63,747 nucleotides of DNA from an uncultured Bacilli bacterium (GCA_947624515.1 CANQKN010000002.1:1-63747); one strand, 5' to 3'. Shown: positions 48,602 to 58,212, counted from the stretch's first letter. Translations and numbers: made by a program. Notes: generated from the sequence alone by a model not told the origin.

Positions 48602-48712
48602 GTCAAGGAAACTTGCATAAAGTAATAAGGGAAGACTTAACTTTGCCGAGTTGAGTACTTGCCCTTAAGTGGTAAGCACTTAATCTATGCTAGATTGAGT
48701 GCTATTTCTTTA
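48602..48712 (+). ncRNA. candidate small RNA (about 105 nt), promoter-to-terminator unit without a credible ORF
   Basis: Bounded by the promoter above and a 13-bp hairpin AGCACTTAATCTA-TGC-TAGATTGAGTGCT (48675-48703) plus ATTTCTTTAT. An internal TAAGGG...CCCTTA helix is possible. The only ORF is 22 codons with no SD. Confidence 0.3.
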
Positions 48713-48930
48713 TACATAGAATCATTACAGAGACTATTAATAAAATGTTTACTTTTTTTAAATAATAATTGTCTTCCAGATACCGTATATAAATTTATAA
48801 TATCACGATCATCAATAGTATTAAACTTGACTTTTTGAAATCCTAATCTTTCCAAATCCAATACATAATTGAAAGTTGCTAAATTTAGATTAATACAATG
48901 AAAAATTGAAAAATAAAAAAGAAGTAGCTA

Positions 48931-49608
48931 TCAAAGCATCTTCTTCATTTGTTTTTCTTTATTTTTTAATGTCTCCTGTTGATAATCAGCAGAATAATCC
49001 ATTTCTTTTTTATGTTTATACTTCATAAACTCTTCTATATGATTTTCTATAAAAGCAACTAATTCAAAAGGAAGTCCTACTTTTCTTACCATATTTTTTC
49101 TAGTCGTTTCTGATAATGAACTCTCTTTTTCTCCAAAAATAATCAACTCATCAATATTAGCATCTTCAAAAGCAGCATCATTTTTAAAATCTAAAATATC
49201 CTCTTCTCTATTTACAAAAGACCACTGTAGACATAGCTGTTTTTCATCATCATTTTTTAATGTATAAAATAAAGTTGGTTCACCAAATTTTTCTTTGAGT
49301 ATCTCATAAAAATCACTTAATACTGCCAATTTATGTCCTTCCGTTTGTGGATAAACTTCATCTTGTATAACCAATCTTAAAAATTGATCATGGCAGTACT
49401 TAATTCCAAAAGTAATGCAATCACGATCTCTATTACAGATATTATAATCATAATAATCATATGAAAAAGAATAATACCTTCCTACAATAATATTAGAATA
49501 ACAACAATCAAAATCAATTTTATTCCAATTAAGACCTTGATTTATTTTTTCAACCAAGAATTTTTTAAGTTCCCGACAATCATTAGCATTCGACATAATA
49601 TTTTTCAT
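48931..49608 (-). CDS. hypothetical protein
   Basis: 225-aa ORF, Cys/Tyr-rich N-half (DFDCCY...YDYYDYNICNRDRDC), charged C-terminus; no family recognised. Confidence 0.55.
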   Translation of the reverse strand: MKNIMSNANDCRELKKFLVEKINQGLNWNKIDFDCCYSNIIVGRYYSFSYDYYDYNICNRDRDCITFGIKYCHDQFLRLVIQDEVYPQTEGHKLAVLSDFYEILKEKFGEPTLFYTLKNDDEKQLCLQWSFVNREEDILDFKNDAAFEDANIDELIIFGEKESSLSETTRKNMVRKVGLPFELVAFIENHIEEFMKYKHKKEMDYSADYQQETLKNKEKQMKKML

Positions 49609-49675
49609 ACCAAAACCTCCACTACAATACTATTTTAGCATACTTTTAAAAAAAGAAAAATAAATATGGGTTCTT

Positions 49676-51022
49676 TTACCTAGAAAAGCCCTTAAAAATT
49701 TCCTGAATTGTCTTTTTATCTACATTTCTTTGATTATAAATTTTTCGACTAACTACCATACTATTTTTTTTCTGAAATTCACGATTTAAATATTCATAAT
49801 AAGCACCCGGTGTAATAATACCATTCATTTTTAATAAATCAATTCCACTTTTTCCAATAATATTATCTGCCAATTTACAACAATTAGTTCCTAACACAAA
49901 ATATTTTTTGAATCGTCCTTCTTTAAATTTATAGAATTTAGCATTGGTAATCTGATATAGACGGCTTGCATAATCTTTATATTTATTTTTGCTGATTTTC
50001 TTTTTCTGTAACAAAGCTTCTAAATACGGAGGTCTCCATTCATATAAATTATCAAATGTTTTTTGAAGGATTTTATCAATATTTTTTTTCTGAGTTTCTG
50101 TTAATTTTAATCCAAAAACAAATAATGTTTTTTTACTATGTTCAATGCAAAAAGGAATATATTTTTCTCTTTCTGTTGTAAATAATACCCCATCTCCAAT
50201 CATAGTAAAAAAATGAATAGATTGTCCATCATAATTACCATAAGAAATAACTTTTCCTTTATAATATAGATCAACATGACCAATTCGATTAAATCCAAAA
50301 CTAGAAGTATGAACAAAAACCTCTAGATCAGGAACAACATCTTCTTTTTTTTCTTCAAATACAAATGATTTATCATAATTTTCTTTATCTAATAAATAAT
50401 TAATTTCATTTAAAACTGTATAAGGAATTAAAGCTTCAATAAAAACAGGCAAACTAATTCTAAATCTTCTTCTCATTTTCTTTTTAACAGTATTTGGAAT
50501 CAAGAAAAAAACAAAATCTAAAATATAATTAGTTCCTAATAAAGTAAGATAAAGCCCAATCAAAATTAAAACAATATTTAAATTTTTAAGAGGAGAAAAA
50601 ATGATAGGAACAGCAATGAAAAGATAGATAAATCCCGATATAAATTCCGTTAGTTTTCCATGAGCACCATTTTTATATAAAATAAGACCACTAATAAATT
50701 TAATAATGGCATTTAGTAATAAATAAAAGCCAAAAATAATAGGCAAAATAGATAAAGGAATATCACGGAATAAAGAAAGGATCAAACAAAACAACAAATA
50801 AATAAAACTTTTCGTAAAATTAAGTTGCTGATCTTTCTTTTTACCAATAAAATAATTAATAAATTGTTTAATAGATAAAACGAAAATAGCAATTAAAAAC
50901 ACATTAATAAAATTAATATATAACCAGTCTTTTCCTATAATCATTATGATTCCAATGAATACCAATACAATTCCAATAATCAAAGAATTAGTAGCACTAA
51001 ATAACTTATCACTTTTTATCAT
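49676..51022 (-). CDS. membrane protein: DUF308-like multi-TM N-domain fused to a soluble C-domain of unknown function
   Basis: 448 aa; about 6 TM in the first 190 aa. The C-domain has conserved-looking RIGHVDLYYKGKVISYGNYDG and GTNCCKLADNIIGKSG. Confidence 0.6.
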   Translation of the reverse strand: MIKSDKLFSATNSLIIGIVLVFIGIIMIIGKDWLYINFINVFLIAIFVLSIKQFINYFIGKKKDQQLNFTKSFIYLLFCLILSLFRDIPLSILPIIFGFYLLLNAIIKFISGLILYKNGAHGKLTEFISGFIYLFIAVPIIFSPLKNLNIVLILIGLYLTLLGTNYILDFVFFLIPNTVKKKMRRRFRISLPVFIEALIPYTVLNEINYLLDKENYDKSFVFEEKKEDVVPDLEVFVHTSSFGFNRIGHVDLYYKGKVISYGNYDGQSIHFFTMIGDGVLFTTEREKYIPFCIEHSKKTLFVFGLKLTETQKKNIDKILQKTFDNLYEWRPPYLEALLQKKKISKNKYKDYASRLYQITNAKFYKFKEGRFKKYFVLGTNCCKLADNIIGKSGIDLLKMNGIITPGAYYEYLNREFQKKNSMVVSRKIYNQRNVDKKTIQEIFKGFSR

Positions 51023-51036
51023 ATTCTACACCATCA

Positions 51037-51621
51037 CTAATACATATGAGATACAAAATGTTCCGTTCTTTCCAACAAATCTTTCATTTTATGGTAAATA
51101 TTCTCTTTCGAAAAATCAATACCAATATATCTTGGTAATGATTTAGGATTTTTAAAAATTTCTAAAGAAACATATTTATCTGCTATACTAATTATCCATC
51201 CTTCAATATATTTAGGTGGTAGAAAAGTTAAAGGAAACATATGTCGACAAATTGCATTTTCTATTCTCTCATTCATCAAAGTTGGAAAAAATTGATAAGA
51301 ATTTATAGAAGCTAATTTGCCATGAATAAAACCATGTTTTTTCCAAAGAACAGGATTTTTATATTGTCTCCATGGTATTAAATAAAAATCATGTAAAAGT
51401 GCACTTACTATTACATTTTGAATATCTATTTTTCTATATTTTTGAATATATTTTGCCATTTGATAGCTATACCAAGCAACTCTTAATGAATGATCATATA
51501 CTGAATCATTATGATGTAAAAATTCTCTACGACGCTGAAATTCACTATTTCTTAAAATAGGTTCTGCGATAGAATAAAATTCTTTTTCTTGATAAATTTT
51601 ATTGTACATAACTATCACCAA
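51037..51621 (-). CDS. HD domain phosphohydrolase
   Basis: HHNDSVYDHSLRVAWYS ... ALLHDF ... H/D residues typical of the HD superfamily. ATG at 51609 is an alternative start. Confidence 0.8.
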   Translation of the reverse strand: MVIVMYNKIYQEKEFYSIAEPILRNSEFQRRREFLHHNDSVYDHSLRVAWYSYQMAKYIQKYRKIDIQNVIVSALLHDFYLIPWRQYKNPVLWKKHGFIHGKLASINSYQFFPTLMNERIENAICRHMFPLTFLPPKYIEGWIISIADKYVSLEIFKNPKSLPRYIGIDFSKENIYHKMKDLLERTEHFVSHMY

Positions 51622-51676
51622 ACACCATTATACACTAAAAAAGAACAGACGACAATGTTTTAACGAAACAATATAA

Positions 51677-51817
51677 TTAGTAAAAGAAAAAAAGCAAAAA
51701 TAAACTAATAAAAACAAGAATCTTATTCCTCTGGGTTGAAAAATTATGATTTTGTTCTAATTTAGCTTCTTGGATTACTTCACCTTTTCTTCTTTTGATA
51801 ATATCTTTTTTTATCAT
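51677..51817 (-). CDS. small tail-anchored membrane peptide (not in the supplied ORF track)
   Basis: 46 codons, MIKKDIIKRRKGEVIQEAKLEQNHNFSTQRNKILVFISLFLLFFFY, with a GGAAGGAG SD 6 nt upstream of the ATG. Confidence 0.35.
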   Translation of the reverse strand: MIKKDIIKRRKGEVIQEAKLEQNHNFSTQRNKILVFISLFLLFFFY

Positions 51818-51890
51818 AATATTCTCCTTCCTATTCATTTTTCATTTCTATTTCATTATATCGAAAATTAAAAAAGATATACATTTTTTT

Positions 51891-51921
51891 GTCAAAATAA
51901 AAAATAGAGAATAAACTCTAT
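51891..51921 (-). terminator. intrinsic terminator closing the NAD operon
   Basis: Minus strand ATAGAG-TTTATT-CTCTAT followed by TTTTTATTTT; overlaps the nrtR stop codon. Confidence 0.6.
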
Positions 51922-52748
51922 TTTTTTGGTTGATATTGAAATAATACTGATGGTCTATGTCCCCCACCTGTTTGTACTTTTTCGGTTTTCTTTACTTTAG
52001 TTTGAATCATTCTACGGAATGCAGGATCTAACAGTTCTTTTCCAAGAATCACTTCATAGACTTGTTGTAATTCTCCTAGAGTAAAATATTTTGGCATCAT
52101 ATTAAATACTATATCCGTATATGCAATCTTATTTTTTAATCTAGCAATTCCGCAAACAATAACTTTAGCATGATCAAATGCTAATTGAGTATTTTTTTTA
52201 ACTACATATTCATAACGGTCACTCGTTGGATTCTTTAACTTTTTTTCAATCACAATTGAAAAATTTTCATAATGATTATCAAAAGTAACTTGAATTTCTT
52301 TATCATCTTCTAAAATATTCATTTCAAACCAACTAGCATTCTTACTCAAGTGATCTTTGAGACGATTTTTATCCACCAAAGCAATATAAGATACCGAAAC
52401 GATTCTCATCCTAGGATCACGATTGATATCTCCAAAAGTATATAACTGTTCCATATAGATATCTTGTAAGTTTGTTTCCGTTTTTAGAATTCGTTTTGCA
52501 GCAGCATCAATCGTTTCCTCAATTCCTACAAATCCACCAGGTAAACACCACTTATCTTTAAATGGATAGTTATCTCTTTTAACCAATAAAACGCTAAACT
52601 TTTTTTCTGAAAGTTTACGATAATTTCCCGTTTCTTCACTTGCTACACTAAAAATTAAAGTATCTGCTGTCATCGATAATTTTTCAAATTGGTTAGAATC
52701 ATAATCTTTTAAAAATTCTTCTTCTGATTTGTATATTTTATTATCCAT
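51918..52748 (-). CDS. nrtR: NrtR-type Nudix-related transcriptional regulator
   Basis: Nudix-like N-domain (LPGGFVGIEETIDAAAKRILKTETN) plus a C-terminal winged-helix signature (LAFDHAKVI...RLKNKIAYTDIVFNMMPKYFTLGELQQVYEVILGKELLDPAFRRMI). Start at ATG 52748 after a GAGGTG SD. Embedded in NAD genes. Confidence 0.8.
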   Translation of the reverse strand: MDNKIYKSEEEFLKDYDSNQFEKLSMTADTLIFSVASEETGNYRKLSEKKFSVLLVKRDNYPFKDKWCLPGGFVGIEETIDAAAKRILKTETNLQDIYMEQLYTFGDINRDPRMRIVSVSYIALVDKNRLKDHLSKNASWFEMNILEDDKEIQVTFDNHYENFSIVIEKKLKNPTSDRYEYVVKKNTQLAFDHAKVIVCGIARLKNKIAYTDIVFNMMPKYFTLGELQQVYEVILGKELLDPAFRRMIQTKVKKTEKVQTGGGHRPSVLFQYQPKK

Positions 52749-52804
52749 ATCTACACCTCTATCCAAAATTATAATTTTATTATAGCATAATGAGTCTTTT
52801 TTTT

Positions 52805-53287
52805 CTATTTTTCTTCTAGCCGTAAAAGCATATCAACTACTTTTGTGATAACTTCTTCTTTATTTTGGATTCGATCTTGATGAAAAACTTCCACACTATC
52901 ATGATAAAAAGCATTGTGTTCTCTATCATAAATACTAATATAAACCAAATTGGGATTTTTAGAAGGATTATTGGGATCTATAGCATTTAACATACCAGTA
53001 ATTCCTATGCCATAACTACTATTTGCAAAAGAAGCAATGGCTTTACTCATTTCCTTAGCTGTTTCCATACTATAAACAGTATAAGTATCAATTACTTTTT
53101 TGGATACTCCCATCTTGATTTTAAATTCATTCGAATAAGTAACAGCTGCATAATGAATAATATCACTGGCTCCTTCAATATTCGTAATGGCATTAGCTAC
53201 TCCTCCACCCGTACAAGATTCCATAGTGGAAATTGTCTTCTGATTTTGGTCTAACAATCTTACTAATTTTTCTATTTTTTCCAACAT
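52805..53287 (-). CDS. pncC: nicotinamide-nucleotide amidohydrolase (CinA C-terminal domain type)
   Basis: 160 aa; ISTMESCTGGGVANAITNIEGASD hallmark. Confidence 0.85.
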   Translation of the reverse strand: MLEKIEKLVRLLDQNQKTISTMESCTGGGVANAITNIEGASDIIHYAAVTYSNEFKIKMGVSKKVIDTYTVYSMETAKEMSKAIASFANSSYGIGITGMLNAIDPNNPSKNPNLVYISIYDREHNAFYHDSVEVFHQDRIQNKEEVITKVVDMLLRLEEK

Positions 53288-53321
53288 TCTCTTTCTCCTT
53301 TTTCTAGAATTTATAATATGT

Positions 53322-53903
53322 CTATTTTTGATATAATTTTTTTTCCTGAATATACGCTAATACTTTTGGATGAATAAATTTTTCTACCTTTTCATAATCT
53401 TGATTTTTTAAATATTCTCTAACTAGAGTAGAAGATAAAAAATTATTTTCTAAAGGTACTATCTGAATATGACTTCGATACTTTTGATACTTCGCTAATA
53501 ACTTTTTAATATTTTCTTTTCTTGGAATCACAATCACTCTATAATTTTTTAAAATTTCTTGATAGCATTTCCAAGTATCGAACTGTTCTAGATTATCGCT
53601 ACCACAAATAAAATAAATATCATTCTTAGGATACTGTTTCTGAAAATACTCTAAAGTTTCATACGTATAAGTTCTTCTTCCAAATTCATAGTTAGATACT
53701 GAAAAGTGTTTTTCCTCTTCTACTATTAAATTTAACATTTCATATCTTTCATAATCATTAATGAGTCCTGCTTTCGGATAATCATTACTAGTAGGAACGA
53801 AAATGATAAAATCTAATAACTTTTTTTCCAGTAACTGTTTACCAATACTTTCATGCATCTTATGTGGAGGATTAAAACTTCCGCCATAAATTCCTATTTT
53901 CAT
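53322..53903 (-). CDS. nadD: nicotinate-nucleotide adenylyltransferase
   Basis: IGIYGGSFNPPHKMH (HxGH-type), SSTLVR motif. Start at ATG 53903, overlapping the nadE stop. Confidence 0.92.
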   Translation of the reverse strand: MKIGIYGGSFNPPHKMHESIGKQLLEKKLLDFIIFVPTSNDYPKAGLINDYERYEMLNLIVEEEKHFSVSNYEFGRRTYTYETLEYFQKQYPKNDIYFICGSDNLEQFDTWKCYQEILKNYRVIVIPRKENIKKLLAKYQKYRSHIQIVPLENNFLSSTLVREYLKNQDYEKVEKFIHPKVLAYIQEKKLYQK

Positions 53904-55813
53904 GATAACTTCTTTACCCATTCTTGGTAACTTGCATCACTTGGCATCCTTAAATCTCCTCTAGGAGATAAACTAACTGTACCTACTTTAGGACCATCTG
54001 GTAGAGCATTTCTCTTAAATTGTTGAGTGAAAAATCTTTTTAAGAAAACTTCCAACCATTTTAAAATTTCTTTTTCTGTATAGACTCCTACAAAAGTATG
54101 TTTTGCTAACATTAATAATTTATCCGGATCTGCTCCATAGCGAAAGAAGTGATATAAGAAGAAGTCATGTAATTCATAAGGTCCTATTTTTTCTTCGGTT
54201 TTCTGTTCGATCTTACCATCTGTAGAAGGAGGTAATAATTCAGGGGAAATTGGGGTATCTAGAATATCATATAAAATGGATTTTACTTTTAAATTGGTAT
54301 CAGCAACATAACGAACCAAATATTTGACTAAAGTTTTAGGAATCGAAGTATTGACACTATACATACTCATATGATCTCCATTATAAGTACACCAACCTAA
54401 AGCAAGTTCTGATAAGTCACCAGTTCCTACGACAATTCCACCAATTTTATTCGCAATATCCATTAAAATTTGAGTTCGCTCTCTTGCTTGTACATTCTCA
54501 TAAGTAACATCATGAATGCTAGGATCATGATCAATATCCTTCATATGTAATAGACTCGCTTCTACAATCGGAATTTCCTTTAATTCTACCTGATAAGCTT
54601 GCATTAACTTTTTGGCATTTTCTAGTGTTCTAGAAGTCGTTCCAAAACCAGGCATCGTAATTGCTGTAATATTTTTAGTATCCAATCCTAACTTTTGATA
54701 AGCTTCAACAATGACTAAAAAAGCTAAAGTAGAATCGAGTCCACCACTAATTCCAATCACCGTTTTATCTGTTCCAATATGCTGTAATCGTTTGGCAAGG
54801 CCACAAGCTTGAATTTCCAAAATCTCCTGACATCTTTTTTCTCTTTGGGTAGAATCATTTGGTACAAAAGGATTTTTCTCATATGTTCTATGAAGTGATT
54901 TACTATCTCTTATTCTAACAGGAATTTCTCTTACCGGTGTTGTTGGTCTTATTTCCATATAACTAATATCTTTCATTCTTAAATTATTGAGTTTTTGAAC
55001 ATCAATATCTTGAATAATTAGTTCACTATCAAATTGAAACCGTTTACTTTCTTCTAAAATGGCACCATTTTCAGCTATCATAGCATGACCAGAAAAGACA
55101 ACATCACAAGTAGATTCTAATACTCCACTAGATGTGTAAACATAACCGCAGATCAATTTACTAGATTGACTCTTTACTAAATTCTTTCGATATTCGTACT
55201 TTCCAATCAATTCATTACTACTAGAAAGATTAAAGATTAAGTTAGCACCATTTAATGCTAATGAATTACTTGGTGGGACAATACTCCATAAATCTTCACA
55301 AATCTCAATACCAAAATTTATATTTTCTTCTTGAACATCTTTAAAAAGTAAATCCGTTCCAATAGGTACTACTTGATCACAATAAGTAACTTCTGTTTTT
55401 AATAAATCGAGACTAGTTGCAAACCAACGTTTTTCATAAAATTCATTATAATTGGGAATATAAGTTTTAGGGACAATTCCTAAAATTTTTCCTTTTTGAA
55501 CTACAACACTACAATTAAATAATTGATTATGAATACCAATGGGAACACCAATAATAGAAATTAATTCTAACTCTTTGGTTTCCTGTAAAATTTTTTGGAC
55601 TCCTTCTTTACTACTTTTTAAAAGTTGTTCCTGAAAAAATAAATCACCACAAGTATAACCAGTTATACTTAATTCAGGAAAAACTAAAATTGCTACTTCT
55701 TCTATTTCAGCTTTTTTCATTAGAGAAATGATTTCCTCTACATTATAAGATACATCTGCTACTTTTAATTTGGGAACACAAGCTCCGACTTTAACATAAC
55801 CATATTCTTTCAT
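53900..55813 (-). CDS. nadE: glutamine-dependent NAD+ synthetase
   Basis: 637 aa; N-terminal CN-hydrolase domain (FPELSITGY, EICEDLW) and C-terminal synthetase with SGGLDS PP-loop. Confidence 0.95.
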   Translation of the reverse strand: MKEYGYVKVGACVPKLKVADVSYNVEEIISLMKKAEIEEVAILVFPELSITGYTCGDLFFQEQLLKSSKEGVQKILQETKELELISIIGVPIGIHNQLFNCSVVVQKGKILGIVPKTYIPNYNEFYEKRWFATSLDLLKTEVTYCDQVVPIGTDLLFKDVQEENINFGIEICEDLWSIVPPSNSLALNGANLIFNLSSSNELIGKYEYRKNLVKSQSSKLICGYVYTSSGVLESTCDVVFSGHAMIAENGAILEESKRFQFDSELIIQDIDVQKLNNLRMKDISYMEIRPTTPVREIPVRIRDSKSLHRTYEKNPFVPNDSTQREKRCQEILEIQACGLAKRLQHIGTDKTVIGISGGLDSTLAFLVIVEAYQKLGLDTKNITAITMPGFGTTSRTLENAKKLMQAYQVELKEIPIVEASLLHMKDIDHDPSIHDVTYENVQARERTQILMDIANKIGGIVVGTGDLSELALGWCTYNGDHMSMYSVNTSIPKTLVKYLVRYVADTNLKVKSILYDILDTPISPELLPPSTDGKIEQKTEEKIGPYELHDFFLYHFFRYGADPDKLLMLAKHTFVGVYTEKEILKWLEVFLKRFFTQQFKRNALPDGPKVGTVSLSPRGDLRMPSDASYQEWVKKLS

Positions 55814-55858
55814 ACAATACCTCCTACTGTTAGTTTACCCTCATATCTTTATCTTACT

Positions 55859-56449
55859 CTATTTCCAAATATTTTGCATCTTTAATAATGCATATTTAGA
55901 ATTTACCCCTTGAATCCATCCTTCATTTAATAATTCATAAGCTTCTTTTTGACTACATAAAAAGTAGTGAATAAATTCTCCTTCATCTAACATTTGCTTA
56001 CTAATCTGTATACAACCAGTTGCTAACACTATTGTGTTATAACTACTAGAACATCCTTCATCTTGATAAAAACCATCGATTACTTCTAAAGTTTCTGCTT
56101 GATAACCTGTTTCTTCTTGTAGTTCTCTTTTAGCTGCTAAAATTGGAGATTCCCCTTTTTCAATATAGCCAGCAGGAAACCCAATCCCAACTTGCTCTTT
56201 CGTATGAACCCTAGGTTCCATAATCATAATCCATTCTTGATCTTTTGTAATTGGAACAATGATAACAGCATCTCCATCTTTTTTATTTTTTAAAATCTTT
56301 TCTCTTGTGATTACTTTACCATTATTAAGTTCATAATCTTTTACTTCAACTGTTAAAAAGTGATTAGATACATTCTCTTTTTCCATGATTCGTCTTGTTT
56401 TAAATTTTTTGATATATTCTTCTAATTCTATTTTCTTATCTTTACGCAT
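55859..56449 (-). CDS. NUDIX hydrolase, ADP-ribose pyrophosphatase type
   Basis: Nudix box GYIEKGESPILAAKRELQEETGY. ATG at 56386 is an alternative start. Confidence 0.85.
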   Translation of the reverse strand: MRKDKKIELEEYIKKFKTRRIMEKENVSNHFLTVEVKDYELNNGKVITREKILKNKKDGDAVIIVPITKDQEWIMIMEPRVHTKEQVGIGFPAGYIEKGESPILAAKRELQEETGYQAETLEVIDGFYQDEGCSSSYNTIVLATGCIQISKQMLDEGEFIHYFLCSQKEAYELLNEGWIQGVNSKYALLKMQNIWK

Positions 56450-58211
56450 GATATTTTCCTAGTTTCTTTTGATATTCTTTTTTTCTATTTTCTACTTTAT
56501 CTAGTTCATCATGTAACATTTTTTCTTTTTGAGTTCTTAACTTATCACTTAAATCAACATAATAAGTATGTGGATTATAAATATCAGTAATACGATCCGT
56601 TAAAGTTTGATATTCCTGTTCACAATATTCTCTACTTAATTTTAAACTTGGCACTTCATAAATTAATTTTCCTTGCTCAAAAATAGGTACTTGCAATTCT
56701 CTTACACGATAATTAGAAATTTCTGTTTTTTTCCAAGGGTTTTTATCATCGACTAAAGTATAGTGTTTAGAATCGATTTCTTCATCATATACGGTAATCA
56801 CATCTCCTAATACTTGATCGGTATCTTGATTATAGAATCGATAAATCTTTTTATACCCAGGATTTAAGGTCTTAATACTATCAGCACTTACTTTAATACA
56901 TGGTATTGGTTGATTTTCTTTTTCTACTGCTACTAATTTATAAACATAATTTGCCCTATCTTTATTAGCAACAATATTATCTCCAATACCAAACGTATCA
57001 ATTTCACTACCATTTTTTAATAAGGTATCGACTTGTTTAGCATCTAATCCATTAGATACACATATCTGTACATCAGCCATTCCTGCTTCCTGAAACATTT
57101 TACGAGCCATTTTTGTAAGATAAGTTAAATCTCCGCTATCAATGCGAATTCCTTTTAAATGATAACCAAGTGGATCTAAATATTCTTTTTGAAGACGAAT
57201 CGCATTCATGATTCCGCATTCTACATCATAAGTATCGACTAATAATACTAATTCATTTTTATTAGGAGCAGCTTTGGCATAAGACAAAAAGGCATTGTAT
57301 TCACTTTCTGGATGTGATTGTACCAAAGCATGAGCAATGGTTCCTGTAATGGGAATATCATATTTTTTGCCGGCTAATGTATTACTAGTAGCACTACATC
57401 CACCAAGATAAGCAGCTTTACTTTCTAAAAGAGTGGCATCAATTCCTCCACGTACACGTCTTGCACCAAATTCTGCTACAGGCCTATTTTTGGCTGCTTT
57501 GGTGATTTGTTTGGCTGCCGTTGCTGTTAAACTACCGGTATTAAAACAAGTTAATAAAGCTGTTTCTAAAATTTGAGCTTCAATAATAGGAGCTTTAATT
57601 GTCATTACTGGTTCGTTAGGAAAAACTACTGTTCCATCAGGTACCGCCCAAATATCTCCAGTAAATTTCAAATCTTGTAAATAATTTAAAAATTCTTCAG
57701 ATAATTTTTTTGTAGATCTTAAATACCTAATATCAGATTCTTCAAAACGGAAATTTTGAATATAATCAATTGCTTCTTCTAATCCACAAGCAATTTGATA
57801 ACCACTACCTACAACATTAGAGCGATAAAAGACATCAAAGTAGGCAATTTCTTCTTTTCTTCCTTCCTGATAGTAAACATCACTCATAGTAAGCTCATAT
57901 AAATCTGTCATTAAAGTTTTATTTTCTTTAGGATTCACAATTTCTAAAATACGATGATATAATTCTAAATTATTACGACAATAATTGGCAATATAGTAAA
58001 TTACCATATCTTCTTCTTCAAAATGGCAAATGTTAGATTGATGTCCGCGATCAAGAATAAATACACAATAACTATTGTCTAAAACTTGAATAATGATTTC
58101 ACCAATTCCATAACGAATCTCTTCTTTTTGATAACAGAAACGAAAATTGCTTCTTTCCTCATATTGATTTAAAATTTCTTCTACTTTTTTTATTTTTTGA
58201 ATCTCCATCAT
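56442..58211 (-). CDS. pncB: nicotinate phosphoribosyltransferase with about 97-aa N-terminal extension
   Basis: 589 aa. The canonical PncB body starts at LMTDLYELTMSDVYY (about residue 100) and includes AEFGARR, GTIAHALV, IRIDSGD. The preceding about 97 aa are not part of PncB as I know it. Confidence 0.9.
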   Translation of the reverse strand: MMEIQKIKKVEEILNQYEERSNFRFCYQKEEIRYGIGEIIIQVLDNSYCVFILDRGHQSNICHFEEEDMVIYYIANYCRNNLELYHRILEIVNPKENKTLMTDLYELTMSDVYYQEGRKEEIAYFDVFYRSNVVGSGYQIACGLEEAIDYIQNFRFEESDIRYLRSTKKLSEEFLNYLQDLKFTGDIWAVPDGTVVFPNEPVMTIKAPIIEAQILETALLTCFNTGSLTATAAKQITKAAKNRPVAEFGARRVRGGIDATLLESKAAYLGGCSATSNTLAGKKYDIPITGTIAHALVQSHPESEYNAFLSYAKAAPNKNELVLLVDTYDVECGIMNAIRLQKEYLDPLGYHLKGIRIDSGDLTYLTKMARKMFQEAGMADVQICVSNGLDAKQVDTLLKNGSEIDTFGIGDNIVANKDRANYVYKLVAVEKENQPIPCIKVSADSIKTLNPGYKKIYRFYNQDTDQVLGDVITVYDEEIDSKHYTLVDDKNPWKKTEISNYRVRELQVPIFEQGKLIYEVPSLKLSREYCEQEYQTLTDRITDIYNPHTYYVDLSDKLRTQKEKMLHDELDKVENRKKEYQKKLGKYHA

Positions 58212-58212
58212 A

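Noticed and set aside
48700-48925. Minus-strand open frame (...FNYVLDLERLGFQKVKFNTIDDRDIINLYTVSGRQLLFKKSKHF...) of about 80 codons
   Set aside because: There is no ATG or SD; the only in-frame candidates are a TTG and a late ATG. It begins right after a stop and is below gene size. It is possibly the C-terminal relic of a destroyed gene, but it cannot be supported as a feature.
44859-49608. A complete or recently integrated prophage around the lysis cassette
   Set aside because: Only holin and lysin are phage-like. No structural, replication, packaging or integrase ORFs are present, and the att-like repeats enclose only about 0.9 kb. At most this is a remnant.
50946-51146. 66-aa ORF spanning the junction of two minus-strand genes
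   Set aside because: It is antisense to both neighbours and has no SD.
51372-51560. 62-aa ORF antisense to the HD-domain gene
   Set aside because: Embedded antisense ORF.
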